Positions 13,406 to 26,900 of a stretch of 64,000 nt of DNA are shown in pieces. How positions within the stretch are numbered: the first letter of the stretch is position 1; each line of letters opens with the position of its first letter. This DNA is from Octopus sinensis (taxonomy: Eukaryota), in the NCBI RefSeq assembly GCF_006345805.1, contig NC_043012.1, positions 49,414,001 to 49,478,000 on the forward strand, in the 5' to 3' direction. The notes below the pieces were generated by a model, which saw only the letters and a program-made list of their open reading frames with translations, ran no database searches and was not told the DNA's origin. A program made the translations under genes and the position numbers.

Positions 13406-13744
13406 ATATCTCAAGACGTTAATTATTGTTGGTGTTGTTGATATTTTTGTAGGGAGACCGAGAATGGTGGCAAGGAAGATAGAAAGAAACGTGGTGTAGG
13501 GTAATGTAGAGAGAGAAGCAGTGCATGAGGATAGTGCAGACGAGAGCCCTGATTCAAATGCTTGCAGTTACATACACTGTGCTAAAGATATCCAAGGACA
13601 AAATGGTAATATAACGTAAACCGGATGATGGACTATATCTGCCGCATAAACCAACGACATCTATGTGGTTGCTCAAATTGCTAGAATTAGCAGCCAATTT
13701 ATCCCTAACTCCCTACCGTTCTAGAACGAGCGTCATATTTTGAA

Positions 13745-13920
13745 TAATGTAGTCCTAGATCCGCCCGTCTTTACGTTCTGAGTTCAAATTCCGCCGAGGT
13801 CCACTTTATCTTAAATCGTTTCATGGTCGATAACATAAGTACCAATTGAACACTGGGATCGATGTCCTCGGCTTACACCTCTTCCGAAGCTGCTGGGTTT
13901 GTGTCAAAATTCGAAATCAG
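13745..13920 (+). mobile_element. SINE family D (5'-truncated)
   Basis: TTACGTTCTGAGTTCAAATTCCGCCGAGGTC...GGTCGATAACATAAGTACC. Confidence 0.75.
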
Positions 13921-14669
13921 TGTAGTCCCAGATATATTCTCTAAAGACACATACGTTTATATATGGGGAGGAAACATTCCATAATTACTCTGAATTAAAA
14001 GAGTACAAAGACGGTATGTACACGACTGGAAAAACTTTGGCTATAGCTCTAATGATGAAAAATTAAGTAAATTAGGTAAAATTACTAAGCCACATAAACT
14101 AAGACTGCACTCTTTACCACAAGCTTGCAAGTTTGACAAAAAGAACAATAAATCAAGAGTATTACGTAACTCTATGAGTTCATCCATTTCTGAAAAGCTT
14201 TGCTAAAATATATGAATTAAACTGGCTTCAGATATGGATCGAATAGGAATCATGTAATAGCCAATAGGAAACTTCTTTCCTTTTTGCCGTAAGCATTACG
14301 TGATGTTACTCATAAATCGGATAATAAACGCACGATTTAATTAAAATATAATAAACACTAGAAAAGATATAATCCTCTCAGTAAAATTCAGAAGAGCTTA
14401 TATTCCATTACTCTATTGTTTGCTTCAAAAACTAGCCAAACTTTTAACAAAACCTGCGCACTAGATTCCGCGCTGTATTGTATTACAATGAGGAAAATAA
14501 TTTTTTTTGTTTTTGTTTTGTTTTGCAAAATCGTTCTTCTCATGCGTAATACAAGTGGACGTTGAGGACCCTCTCATACTCAACTCGATTATTTACATTT
14601 GAATTAGCATACGTTTATTGCCGCCTTCTACACAATAGTAAAACCCTATGGATATATATACATACACGT

Positions 14670-14776
<107 letters not shown>

Positions 14777-15355
14777 GTGTGTGTGTGTGTGTGCGCGTAT
14801 ATATATATGTATATATGTACATATATATATTTATACATATATATGCATATATATGTGTATATGCACACATATATATATATATATACTCACAGAAAAACAA
14901 CACACGCTTGGATATATAAATGCATGTGTATATAATGTATGCAAGTCTATGTACAAGTATATTTACACTCACATACACATGTATATATGTCGATAGGTTA
15001 CCTTTGAGCACAAGAATATTGAACGTTGTCTGAAGGGAGCTAACATTAGAAAAACATCAGCTATGAATGCATGGGTGTAGTAATTTAGGTGTAGTAATTT
15101 CGGATTAGTGGAGAGAAGACAGCTTGACAGGAATTCAGAGACTGCAACAAAGGTGGAGGGTGGTTTATTTGTAAATGGGGTATAAGACAACAGCAATGTC
15201 TAGTTATCTCATTTACATATGCAAACACAGAAACGCATAAAGACAGCCCAGTACGGACACAAACATTTAATACGTAAGTATAAGAATGTCATTGCATATG
15301 TTTAGATTTGGATTACGTAAGAATTCACAATTTATGTATACATTAGCAAATTCGT

Positions 15356-15669
15356 GTGGAGGCGCAATGGCCCAGTGGTAAGGGCAGCGGACACGCGGTC
15401 GGAGGATCGCGGTTTCGGCTCCCAGACCGGGCGTTGTGTGTGTTTATTGAGCGATAACACCTAGAAGCTCCACGAAGCTCCGACAGGGGCTGGTGGCGAC
15501 CCCTGCTTTACTCTTTCGCCCCCATTTTCTCTCACTCTCTCTTCCTGTTTCTTGAGTAACGCTGCGATGGACTGGCGTCCCATCCAGCTGCGGGGAACAC
15601 ATACGCCACGGAATTCGGGAAACCGGGCCCATGAGCCTGTCTAGGCATGAAAAGGGCGCATAAATAAAA
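15356..15669 (+). mobile_element. tRNA-headed SINE family C with 12-bp TSD
   Basis: GGCGCAATGGCCCAGTGGTAAGGGCAGCGG head. TSD TAGCAAATTCGT at 15344-15355 and 15670-15681. Confidence 0.9.
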
Positions 15670-15761
15670 TAGCAAATTCGTAGTCACATGTTTATATACA
15701 CATTAAAACGCATACAGATTATACGCTGTCCCATACACACACGCGCACACATATGTCTTAT

Positions 15762-16085
15762 CTTCTATGCATTTCAGTCATAAGACTGCGGCCATGGTGG
15801 GGCACGGTCTTAAAACATTTTATTGAATGAGTTGAGCTTAGTATTATATTTTTAAAGTCTGGTATATATTCGATAGTTTTTTTTTTCGGGGACGTAAACA
15901 CGCCAATACCGTTTGTGGAGCGTTGACGATGGTTGGGAACAATCATAGCCACCCCTACGATCGAGCATATGACGAACTTTTATTCACCTTCCGTACCAAA
16001 TCTACTCACAAGAATCTATTCAGCATGAGGCCGTAGCAGAAGAAACTTGCCCAAGGTGCCACGCAGTTGAAAAGAACCCGGTACC
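15762..16085 (-). mobile_element. SINE family A, diverged copy
   Basis: CATTTCAGTCATAAGACTGCGGCCATG tail and CTTGCCCAAGGTGCCACGCAG head segment in reverse orientation. Confidence 0.7.
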
Positions 16086-16718
16086 ATATATACATACATA
16101 ACACACACACACGCACACACACACGCACACACACACCCACACACCCACACACCCACACACACACACAATGCGACGAGCTGCTTCATAAATAGTTTTCGTG
16201 AACAGAGTTAATAAGATAGACGTATTCTGTCTCTCTGTATCGTTGTTGTGATTTTCTCACAAAGCGAGATTTTCATTGTATCGTTAAGAAATACGCTCAC
16301 AAGGTATTTCGTCACTCGTATTCCAGAGCAGTCATCTGAAAAAGTCTTCATAGAAATTTGTTGATTTACTAAGTAGAGAAGATACAAATCGTGAAGGATC
16401 TACCAAAAATATTTCGAACCTAAATTTACACGGAGATAATGGAAGCGACATAAGACAAATTTATCGTGTTGTAATAATCATGGCTAAGACCAGACTTGTA
16501 GCAGACCTGAAGGACGTACAATAACTATCTTAGCCTTAATACCTAAAACTTACGGAAGAGCTAAAAGAGATAAAGGGGATGTCCACCTCCTCAGAGAAAT
16601 ACACATCTACAGCTATAATTGTGTGCATGTGCATCTATGTATGACTGAATTTGTATGTAAATATAATATATATGACAAATTTATCGTGGAGCTTTCGCCT
16701 CATTCTTCTCATATATAT

Positions 16719-16772
<54 letters not shown>

Positions 16773-16785
16773 TATATATATATAC

Positions 16786-16847
<62 letters not shown>

Positions 16848-16856
16848 TATATATAC

Positions 16857-16917
<61 letters not shown>

Positions 16918-17519
16918 CACACATATAACACACACACGCACACTCACATATACACACACACATATATATTAGTCGCTACATTCTTTATTTCCTCTCCTTG
17001 TTTCTTTCTCTGTTCCTTTGTGTGGAAGATTGTAGGCTTGAAACGTTAAAGACCTTTTCACTTCCCGAGCGTTATGCTAATACATCTGTAGGTTGTCTAC
17101 ACCATCTGTCTTGGTCTCTTTTTTTTTTAATCCGCCCCATATATATATATATATATACACATATACATACACACACACACACACACACACGCACATATAT
17201 ACATACAGCGGTTGGACAAAACAATGGGAACACCTATCATCATAATATCATAATTTTGAAATACCTATAAAACCGTCAAAAGTTTGTTTATTTTTATGTT
17301 TTTTATTTATTATTAATGTTGCTTAACATGTTTTGCTAAAATTACTGTTTCTTTTCAGATATCATCAGAAAAAGCTAATTAAAATTCATATCTTGTTATA
17401 ATAATCATGGCTAAAATCTGAAGGAGGTGCAACAAGTATCTTAGCCTTGATACCTAAAACTCACGACAGAGCTAAAAGAAATAAAGGGGATTCCCATCTT
17501 CTCACAGAAACACACATTC

Positions 17520-18545
17520 ACAGACAGTTTCCGAGTATGATGCGGAGTGAACGCAGATCTGTTGTTTGCAACAGCGTCAAAACGAGGGAACCAGAGAGAA
17601 GAGAGCTTCATTTGATCCAATGTGTTCAACAAAGACAGATGACGAGATGGGAAGAACACGATGTTGAGAAGAACATAAGCTGGGATGAGATATGGAAGTG
17701 GACCATATCTCGGCTAAGTTTTCTGAATCGTTCATCCTATGATGTTTTGCCATCAGCTGCAAATCTAGTAAGATTGAACGTCTCAGAGAATGACATATTC
17801 TTTCCAACTGTTCCTTAGCATTGAACAGGTATACATGGAGACACAACCTGGTCCTTAAATTTATCTTCAATGCTATAAAGAACCAAATTGAACTCAACAA
17901 CAGTGAGAAGGAACCGTTGAAAGTAGCAACTAGAGATTTCATTACTTTCGTACGCTCAGGTCACCGGATCCATTTCAAGAAGAACAAGAAACTTCCCGTG
18001 AGAGATGAAAAGAGGAACGGCTATTGGAAGGTTACTGCAAATTTACCAGGGTGCCGGGGACTCTTTCCCATCGAAAAAAAACTGGACATTTTAATGTGGT
18101 GTGAAGGAAAGAAAGTTGTAAATCTAGTTGAGTTAACGGTTCCTCATGACGATAGCATGGACACCGCTCGGGCTCGAAAGATTGACCGTTATGTAAACCT
18201 CCTCAAGGAATATGAAGACGCAGACTGAAAAGCGGAGCATTTTCCAATCGAAGTCGGATGTAGAGAGTTTATTCGACTCAGTGTGAGATGACTGTTGTTA
18301 TTGTTAGGCCTAACACGTCGTAAGGTAAATAAAACCATGACCGATATCCGACCTACAGTGGAGAAGGCTAGCCAATGGATTTGGTTAAAAAGAGACGATG
18401 AGCAATGACTAGCGAAATATTGAGCTATATTTAATAACCAGTTGATCTAGCAAGCGGGGCCTCATATCAGTGAGGGGGGCCGGTGCGCAATGATGCCGTC
18501 GAGAAGTAGGCACCGAAACACCGTGCATTCTTTTCTGATGACCCC
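17520..18545 (+). mobile_element. 3' fragment of an RLE-type non-LTR retrotransposon (HERO/NeSL-like) nested in the Tc1
   Basis: QRQMTRWE..ISWDEIW..RLSFLNRSSYDVLPSAANLVR; RYTWRHNLVL; endonuclease LDILMW..LVELTVPHDD..RK..RY; FPIEVGCR; ASQWIWLKR. Confidence 0.85.
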
Positions 18546-18621
18546 ATACACTTGCTGGCTTCCGGTATACGGAGTTCTCGACTGGTCGCACTTGCATGTG
18601 CAATTGTTTGCAAGACACAAA

Positions 18622-19559
18622 ATGACAGATCTATCGGACTTTCAAAGATGTCAAATTGTTGGTGCTCATTTAGCAGGCGCTAGCGTAACGAAAACAGCTG
18701 AAATGTTTGGTGTATGAAGACGTACTGTCTCGAAAGTAATGACAGCCTTTGAGAAAGAAGGAAAAACGACCTCGTCGAAAGAAAACTCAGAAAGAAAGCC
18801 AAAAATTTCAGATAGGGACAGTCGGACTCTTACACGAATTGTTCAGCTCCCAAAATTACTGTAGAGCTTAATGACCACCTCGAGAACTGTTCCCCGGAAG
18901 CTGCACAAAGCCAGATTTCATGGAAGGGCTGCAATAAGAAATCCACTACTTCCAAAAGCAAACGTTGCAAAGCGTTTAGACCTACAGAATTGGTCCCTAG
19001 AGTAGTGGAAGAATGTTATTTTCTCGGACGAGTCATCTTTTGCCTTATATTCGAACAACGGCCGAGTATAGGTGTGGAGTCAGCTAAAAGAAGCATTGAC
19101 CCAGACTGCCTTCTTCCAGTTTTTAAACATTGAGGAGGATCTATGATGATCTGGGGGACTATATCTTGGAAATCCACCAGCCCAATGGTTTCCCTTCATA
19201 GCCGAATCAATACTCAAGACTATTTAAGCATTTTATCTGATCAAATTCATCCTATTATTGCGGAACTGTTTCCGGAGGGAAACGCAATCTTTCAGGATGA
19301 TAATGCACCAATTCACACAGCTAAAGTTGTTATTGAATGGCACGAAGAACATTCAATTGAAGTTGTATATCTTATCTGGCCGACACAGGCCCCAAATCTC
19401 AATATTATTGAACATTTATGGTGCATTTTAGAAAAACAAGTAAGGTGTCCATCTCCTCCACCATCATCACTACAAGAACTCGAGACGGTTTTAGCTGAAG
19501 AATGGACAAAATTCCTTGGGAAACAAACTTTGTACGAGTGGATACCTCGTAGATCTTAA
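18622..19559 (+). pseudogene. Tc1 DD36E transposase pseudogene
   Basis: MTDLSDFQRCQIVGAHLAGASVTKTAEMFGV N-terminus; FSDES; QDDNAPIH...WPTQAPNLNIIE with 36 residues between D and E. Contains stops and frameshifts. Confidence 0.9.
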
Positions 19560-20559
19560 GCTGTACTTACTGTCATAAGCAGTCCTACCCCATATTAAAA
19601 TAAATTTGTTTGAAATTTTAAGGTGTTTTCATTATTTTGTCAACCCCCTATATATATATACTATTTTATATCATATTACATATTTTCATAGATGTACATG
19701 TTCTTTAGTAACCTGAATGAGGATATATTTTGTAGTTAATTCCATAATACTTGTGTGTGCGTGCGTTTGCATGCATGTGTGTGTATGTGTATGCATGCTT
19801 GCGTGTATGCATCTGCATGAATACATAATACCCAGCATGCACCGTGTCTTTGTTTTTTTTTTTTTGACCCATCACAAAATTATAAACGATCAGCACACTC
19901 ATTAACATACGAACGTTATTATAATTTCACAAAAACACGTTGCTTATTTGGTTCATAGCATTTCTTCCGAGCTTCTAAAAGTCTAACTTTTCACTCCTCT
20001 CTAAAAAAAAGTATTTTATTGTTGTTGATGAATTTTTTTTTTTTTAGTAAGAGGTCACTACTGATCGAGCATATCTAAGATCAAAGATGTTGCTGCTTTG
20101 ATCATAGGGATATTTGCGTGTGAGTGTGCTTGTGTATGTGTATGCATAACTACATTTTTCAATGTGCATTTGTTGTTCATGATTGTAATGCGTGATTTTA
20201 CATATATATATATATTATATATATATATATATATCTTTGGTTTCTATTTCTAGCACACTGAGCAACCACGTTGACACTGCTTTCAGTTGACTCATAAAAA
20301 GATTATTGGATACAGTGGCTGATTATTTTTACAGTGAAACTATATAATTAACGTTGTCTAAGTGCGACCGTTTCATCTCTTCCCAGTCATTCTTTTAATT
20401 ATTACCTCCTTCTCTCTGCTTTCTCTCTCTCTCTCTCTCACATCACATATATATATTTATGTGTATGTGTGTGTGGATGTATGTCTATGCATGTATGTAT
20501 ATGTTTATATGATTGCTTGATGTGCCTAAATTATTGATTAACAATCTATGTACATGCTT

Positions 20560-21160
20560 GCTTAAGCTTCTGCTTCGAATTCTATTGTACTGGAAGCCAC
20601 TGATAGCTGCTTATCAGTGTGTCGATAGGTTATCGTGTCACCAGCAGTGGTCAGTATTTATGTCGAATGCCCGCATTTCCAATAGTATAATCCAAAAATC
20701 TGACTAGTAGATGCAGCGATGAGGGATTTATTAGATTGCAAATTTGAAGTACAATTCTTCTGGGAAACGATTCCTTTCGGGCACGGATCGGATCCAATTA
20801 GACGCTTTGGCATTGGCCGAGTGATTCATCCAAGCATTGGTTTCATCAACAACCTAATATATTGGCCATGTGATTAACAGAAGTTTGTCCCCGCCAGGTT
20901 TTAGTATATTGACTTTATGACAGATCAGAAAATATTGTACTCCCTGAACTTAATACTTATATTTCGTTAATCATCATATACGGTTTTCACAATGCTCTAT
21001 TAACTTCTAGAAGTAGTCCAAAATAGCCTCTCAGAATCCTTATCCATTGAAATCGAAACCGGAATGCACTTAATAGACTGACCTTGTCTCCAAGTTGTTC
21101 GTAACATATTCACCTAGGGACAATTGCTGAAGATGATGTTAAACGAAGAAGTTAATAAAT
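20560..21160 (-). mobile_element. Possible highly decayed Ty3/Gypsy RT remnant
   Basis: Minus-strand pieces ISMDKDSERL and VRFLDYTIGNAGI resemble Gypsy RT motifs; many stops. Confidence 0.35.
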
Positions 21161-21682
21161 TTTAGAGTTCACTACTCCAATCAGTGTGTGTGAGTTTATA
21201 TCATTTCGGTTTTATTTTTTGCCGATGGACATCATCCCAAACTTCTTCATATCCTAACGATTAACTTTTGGTAACGCCACCCTTTACTCCGCATTCTATC
21301 CTTCTAATCATGTCTTTCGTTGTAATTCATACGTCACGCTGTCTCTTCAAACAATTCTTTCATCACACACATACCTCAATACCAAGCTTCTAGACCTCTC
21401 CACATATAGAGAGAAAGGAAAGCAATATGTAAGTGACTGAAACAATGAGTGTGTATGTGCTTGTGCATTTGAGTGTGTGTGCATGTGTGTGTGTGAGTGC
21501 GTATGTATGTGTGTATGTGTCTATGTGTGAATGTAAAAAGATGAGGGATGGGAAGAATGTGCAAAAGAATAATTTTAAACGAAAGGCAGAGAGAGAGAGA
21601 GAGAGAGAGCAATGGAAAAAAGTGTACAGAACTGTGTATAAGATAGCTAGCTTCCAAGACAGACAGACAGACAGATAGATAA

Positions 21683-21783
<101 letters not shown>

Positions 21784-21829
21784 CAAACATATACAGAGAG
21801 ACAGAGAGTGAGACAGAGAAAGAGAGAAA

Positions 21830-21869
<40 letters not shown>

Positions 21870-22427
21870 AGTGAAGAAGGAGTGGCATTACGAAATGGAA
21901 CATCACGAAAAAGAGAAAGAGGAAAAGTAACAAAAAGGCGAAGAGTAAGAGAGTTGGAAATTAAATCGAATGTGGAAGGGTAGGAAAAATAATAAAAAAA
22001 TTCTCGTAAACGTCATATATGTTCTTCAATTTAGCCAAAAGCAATTATTTTATTATTATGTTTTTAGTAAACAGCATAACAAATACAAGTTCTCTTTTGA
22101 TAATGTTGAGTAAGAAATTCATGATTTCTTTAGTCATTTTATGACCAAAATAATCAAAGCACAATGGTCTAAACGCACACAGACACGCACACACATATAT
22201 TGCTATTGGTATCACCTGATTCGCTATTGATTCCAAATTTTGGCCCTAGGCCAGCAATTCAAGGAGAAGAGGTTAGTCGGTTACATCGACCCCCAGTACT
22301 CGACTAATAGATGAAAGGCAAAGTGAACCTCGGCAGAATTTGAACTCAGAACGCAAAGACGGACGAAATGCCGCTCAACACTCTGCTCGAAGTGTTGTGC
22401 TAGTTCGCCGCCTTATACCTGGATCGA

Positions 22428-22590
22428 TCCCAAAATCTAATCAGGTCGTGCCAGTCACGAGGCCAGACATTCCTGAAAGTTTCATCCAAATCCATCAAGA
22501 GGTTCTTGAGATATCTTGTCCATGGACAAACAAACAGACAGACACGACTGAAAACAATACCTCCACGTTCGATAAGGCGGAGGTAATAAT
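22428..22590 (+). mobile_element. Non-autonomous Helitron/HINE-like fragment
   Basis: AAGTTTCATCCAAATCCATC..GAGATATC..ACAAACAAACAGACAGAC, ending in hairpin TACCTCC...GGAGGTA. Confidence 0.45.
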
Positions 22591-22936
22591 CATAATAATA
22601 ATACTTTCTGTTATAGGCACAAGGACTACAGTTTAGTGAAGGGGTTATTTGAATACATCGATCCCATACTTTATTTTTGTTTGTTTTATTAACCCCTCTC
22701 CCATAAAGACGAAAGGCAAAGACAGACGAAGCAAAATTTGTATTCAGAGCATAATGACGGACGAAATATTGCTAAGCATTTTTCCTGGCGTGCTGACTGG
22801 TACTTCATTTATCGACTCAAAAGGATGAAAGACAAAGTCGACTTCGGTCAAATTTGAACTCAGAACGTAAGGACAGACGAAACACCGGTTAGCATTTTGT
22901 TCAGCGCGTTAAGGTTTCTGCCAGTTCACCGCCTTT

Positions 22937-22942
22937 GATAAC

Positions 22943-23015
<73 letters not shown>

Positions 23016-23052
23016 TTAATAATAATAATAGTTTATAATGATGATAATAATA

Positions 23053-23126
<74 letters not shown>

Positions 23127-23152
23127 TTAATAATAATAATAGTTTATAATGA
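22937..23152. repeat. (AAT)n microsatellite with an internally duplicated interruption
   Basis: ATTAATAATAATAATAGTTTATAATGATG occurs twice. Confidence 0.9.
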
Positions 23153-23359
23153 TGGTCTCTAATTATGGCACAAGGCCAGCATGTTTGAGGAAAGGTGCTT
23201 AGTTTATACTAGTGCTACTTTGGTAGTTTTGTTTATTGACCTCCGAAAGGACAACTTCCGGTGGGTTTGAACTTCGAAATTAAAGACAAAGGGAAAAGAC
23301 GATATGACCCTAGACGAAATGCTAAAGTGAGTACGTAAGCGATTTAATGCCGTTCAGTC

Positions 23360-23960
23360 GAGTGATCCGTTTCTGGATGCTGACAGAATGTCTGTATGCG
23401 TAGTAGCAGCACTGTAACACAAGCTGGAGTAAAGTTCCATTTGTAGATCTAACTTGAGTTTTGTGGAGTGCGAATACTCATAGGGAGCTGAAATATATTT
23501 TGACCCTGAAAACAAGGGGCAGACTTCGAGATGACTTACCTGCTATATAAAGGATGTTCTTTTGCCAGGTGAGATTTTCGGTGAAAGTAAAGTCTAGTAT
23601 TTTGTTGTTTTTGCTATGGTGATATCAACAGTGATTTTGTCTTTTTGCTGTTAAAAGAGATAAGAAAGGTACACCTCCGCAAGGGGTTGCTCGTGAGGTA
23701 TTCTATTCTGCTGTAGATCTGGCGTAGGGTGTTTATGTTGCGAATAAATGTAAATGGATATGGTCGGCAAGGAAGGATAAAAATATCATATAATCCGTAT
23801 GGGTGATCGTTGTGGGATGTGGCACTCATTGATGTACAGAAAGAACAGAGTGGAGGGAAAACTGAACCTTGTGGCATACGAGATATCATTTGTAATAGGG
23901 AAAAAAAGTTTCATTCTCACAACTCCAAAATATATTACAAATAAAACACCAGTATTATCC
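23360..23960 (-). mobile_element. Decayed CR1/L2/Jockey-group LINE RT fragment
   Basis: SRMPQGSVFPPL..; FNSKKTKSLLIS; FTENLTWQKNI; LHKTQVRS. Confidence 0.7.
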
Positions 23961-23999
23961 AGTGAAAGGGACGCCATCTTATCTAACGGGAGCTCACAA

Positions 24000-26900
24000 A
24001 TTTTGCAACAAAGATTATAAAGCAAATAATAATAGAAGAATGGCTAAAGAAAAGGTACGTGAAACTACAGATCAAAAATTAACTAACACAAGAAAATAAC
24101 AAACAAAAACTACTAATGCAAGGTTACTTCAAATCTTCAAACAGGAAGGAAGAAAAGCCAGTAAGGTTCTTTTGTAGTTGAAAAGAACCAGAATAGCTAG
24201 GTAGGCTACTTCAAACACAAAATGGCATAAGAAAATTGATGAATTTGAAGAAACAAACATGTATAGAAGCTATTTTGGAAATAAAGAAAGCTTAAGGTTC
24301 TAAATGTGCTGTAAAGATGTAAGTAAAGGAAAGGATTTCATTCAACCCAAAACAAATCCTAAGCTTAATATATTTTGTGATAATGGACTGATGGTACTAC
24401 CATCTATTCCCGATCCACCTATAGACTTGAAAGAACTTTTACCTTTAACTAATGTAAAGGATATCAACTTCAGATCAAAGATTAAAGCTTGTAACTCGGC
24501 TTTAGCTTTTACAACGTCAGAAGAGGCACTAAAAGAGGACAATTCAAATAGAAATGGTGTGTATACTCATAAAATGCATGGTCGACTGTTTCATCGATTT
24601 ACTTCAAATTTAATTTTCTCTGAAAATCAACAACCGCGATCTTCTCAAATATACATTTATGATACACCATATCAAATGGATCGAAAGATGCAAACAGTAA
24701 ACACAGCCGACAGAACTGTCATGGGATCACTTCAAGCAATGATATTCTGATGTAATCAGATTGCCACTCTATTTCATGATGATAGCAAAGAATGTTTGGC
24801 TTCTGTTAGTATTCAATAATTTTCAGTGGTTATTCCTGAAAATAAAGAAGCTTCTACATTTGATATCAAAAGATACAATCGGCCCATTGCATAGGTTATG
24901 GTCATTATGTTAGATACTAGCTTGGAAACCTTACAATCGGAACGACTCGTAATCTGTAAAAGAGGTGTCTTAGAAAATGCATCACCTCAAAACAACCAAG
25001 TTATGACCCGATACACTTTCCATTGTTACTCTCATTTAGTTATCGAAAATGGAAAGTTGACTTAGTATGTGACGAATTGAGACAAACTAAGAAACGTACA
25101 TAAATGGATTCTTATAAACTAGCAGTATCCGTGGAAATTCAGTGGTCATTTCGATAACTGTAAGATTATTGGAAGTCTATAGAAAACCATGAAATATACT
25201 TTTCATATATTGTCAGCAGCACCTGTGTTGAGGTCGACATGTGTTTATTCGAATTTTATCGTATCCTACGGTACTGTCTAATATGAATACAAACAAGAAA
25301 TGTGTTACCATTTCATATGTATTTGAGGCATATTCGGACCTGTAACGATGCCATTCACTGAATTCTGTAATAATAAAATATTTTCACTGTAGACAAAAGG
25401 TGTAAAATCCATCCTTATCGATGGATGCATGTATTTCGAAGCAATTATCTTCTAATAACCTTCGAACACTGGAGAGAGATGCCACTATGAACCGACCACG
25501 AGTCTAGATCTCTCTTGTATTAAAGTCCAATGAAAATAGCGGTTGATAGATATCATTTAAAGAATAGAATCTTCTATCTGAAAATTTAGAACTTTTTAAA
25601 TGATATAGCGAAAAAGGAGATTTTTGTTTAAGTTACATTGAGTCATATGAAAAAGAACTATAATGGTTCATACACCGATGAATACAACAGATCTGTATCA
25701 CCAGCGATATCGAACCCAGAAACGCAAACGAAACTAAGATTATAACTGAACGTACGTGACATGATCTGCATGCTTGGTGGTAAATCTCGGAAACAATATC
25801 GCCGTAAAAGTTTCAGAGAAACTACAGTCAACAATGCTAATTTATCCATATTGAGATGAGATAATTGATCAAAATTCAAGATTCAAACGCACGTTTTCAG
25901 CATTTCGGTGTTTACGGTGGTCATTGTAATTAAAAATTACATACAGTAAAGCATATAAATAAATATTTTCATAATAATTTTGGTCAGGTAATAGAGACGT
26001 TCATAGAAAAGAATACGGCCCTAGTTAAACAGGTGGAATCTATAGTGTAGATGATAGCTCTCTTTTAACATCATAAGCGTTTTGGACAATGTTGGGATTA
26101 AACTCCATAGTTAACATCCACCTGTCTAATTTTAATTTATATGAAAATTAATCATAAATCAATTTCCTCTTCTAAACACGTATATTTGCTGTTCTAATTT
26201 TCTGGAGAATTCTGTATGAGATATAAGTTAGAAAATGTGGAATAAGAGGAAAGCTAGCATCCACTACATTTGAGCTATATTTTGTTTCTGCAAAAGATAA
26301 GGAGCGTTTCTATGTAAGAAATATATGGAATCACATTGCAGAAGTTACATATGCGAATCATGATAGTGCAGTTTGTGTCTTCCAAGAAGTTGCGATCGAA
26401 ATGGATTTTGTACAACATGGTATCAGGCAATACAGTATTCAATTGTTTGTACACGACAACATCAACTAAGTAGACTTTTATCTTCATTTGTACTTTGCTA
26501 TAATTTGAAGAACTTGAGAAATTATTTAATGCATTCGAAAAAAGAACATTCGGACGATTAAATGAATCTGTTAAGGATAACTGAAATCACTGATTTTGTA
26601 CAAGATATTATGCGATTGCACGGCTTATTTTATGAGAAAATGATTCCATTTTGTATAATTATGCATATAATTATCTATTACAACGCCTAACTTGCCTAAT
26701 GTGAGCAATGGCACAGAAAATAGATTTGTTCTTCAATATTTTCTAAGTTGTAAAGCGAATGAAAAAAATGTACTGTTTTAATTAACTTTTTTAAAATAAA
26801 ACTGTAGTCAAATGGAATATATGTTAACAGACAGTTCTTAAGGCATAAGTAGATGTATTAGCAAAACTTTTGCCTTTTTGCATTGACAGATCTGGAGGGT

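Larger units (their letters stand above)
17208..19648 (+). mobile_element. Tc1-like DD36E (Incomer-type) transposon with TIRs and TA TSD, interrupted by a LINE
   Basis: TIRs CAGCGGTTGGACAAAACAATGGGAACACCT and AGGTGTTTTCATTATTTTGTCAACCCCC, each flanked by TA. Confidence 0.85.
22215..23330 (-). mobile_element. Cluster of SINE family D copies (~22215-22420, ~22600-22935, ~23160-23330) around an (AAT)n tract
   Basis: Repeated GGCAAAG..GAATTTGAACTCAGAACG..GACGAAAT in reverse orientation. Confidence 0.75.

Noticed and set aside
13568-13605. Possible 38-nt exon (cag|..YIHCAKDIQGQN..|gtaat), vaguely C2-like
   Set aside because: Weak polypyrimidine tract and no supporting neighbouring exons
18500-18548. 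GAAAC...CTGATGA in the HERO-like 3' UTR as a permuted hammerhead
   Set aside because: Stem II (CACC vs CCCC) and stem III cannot pair
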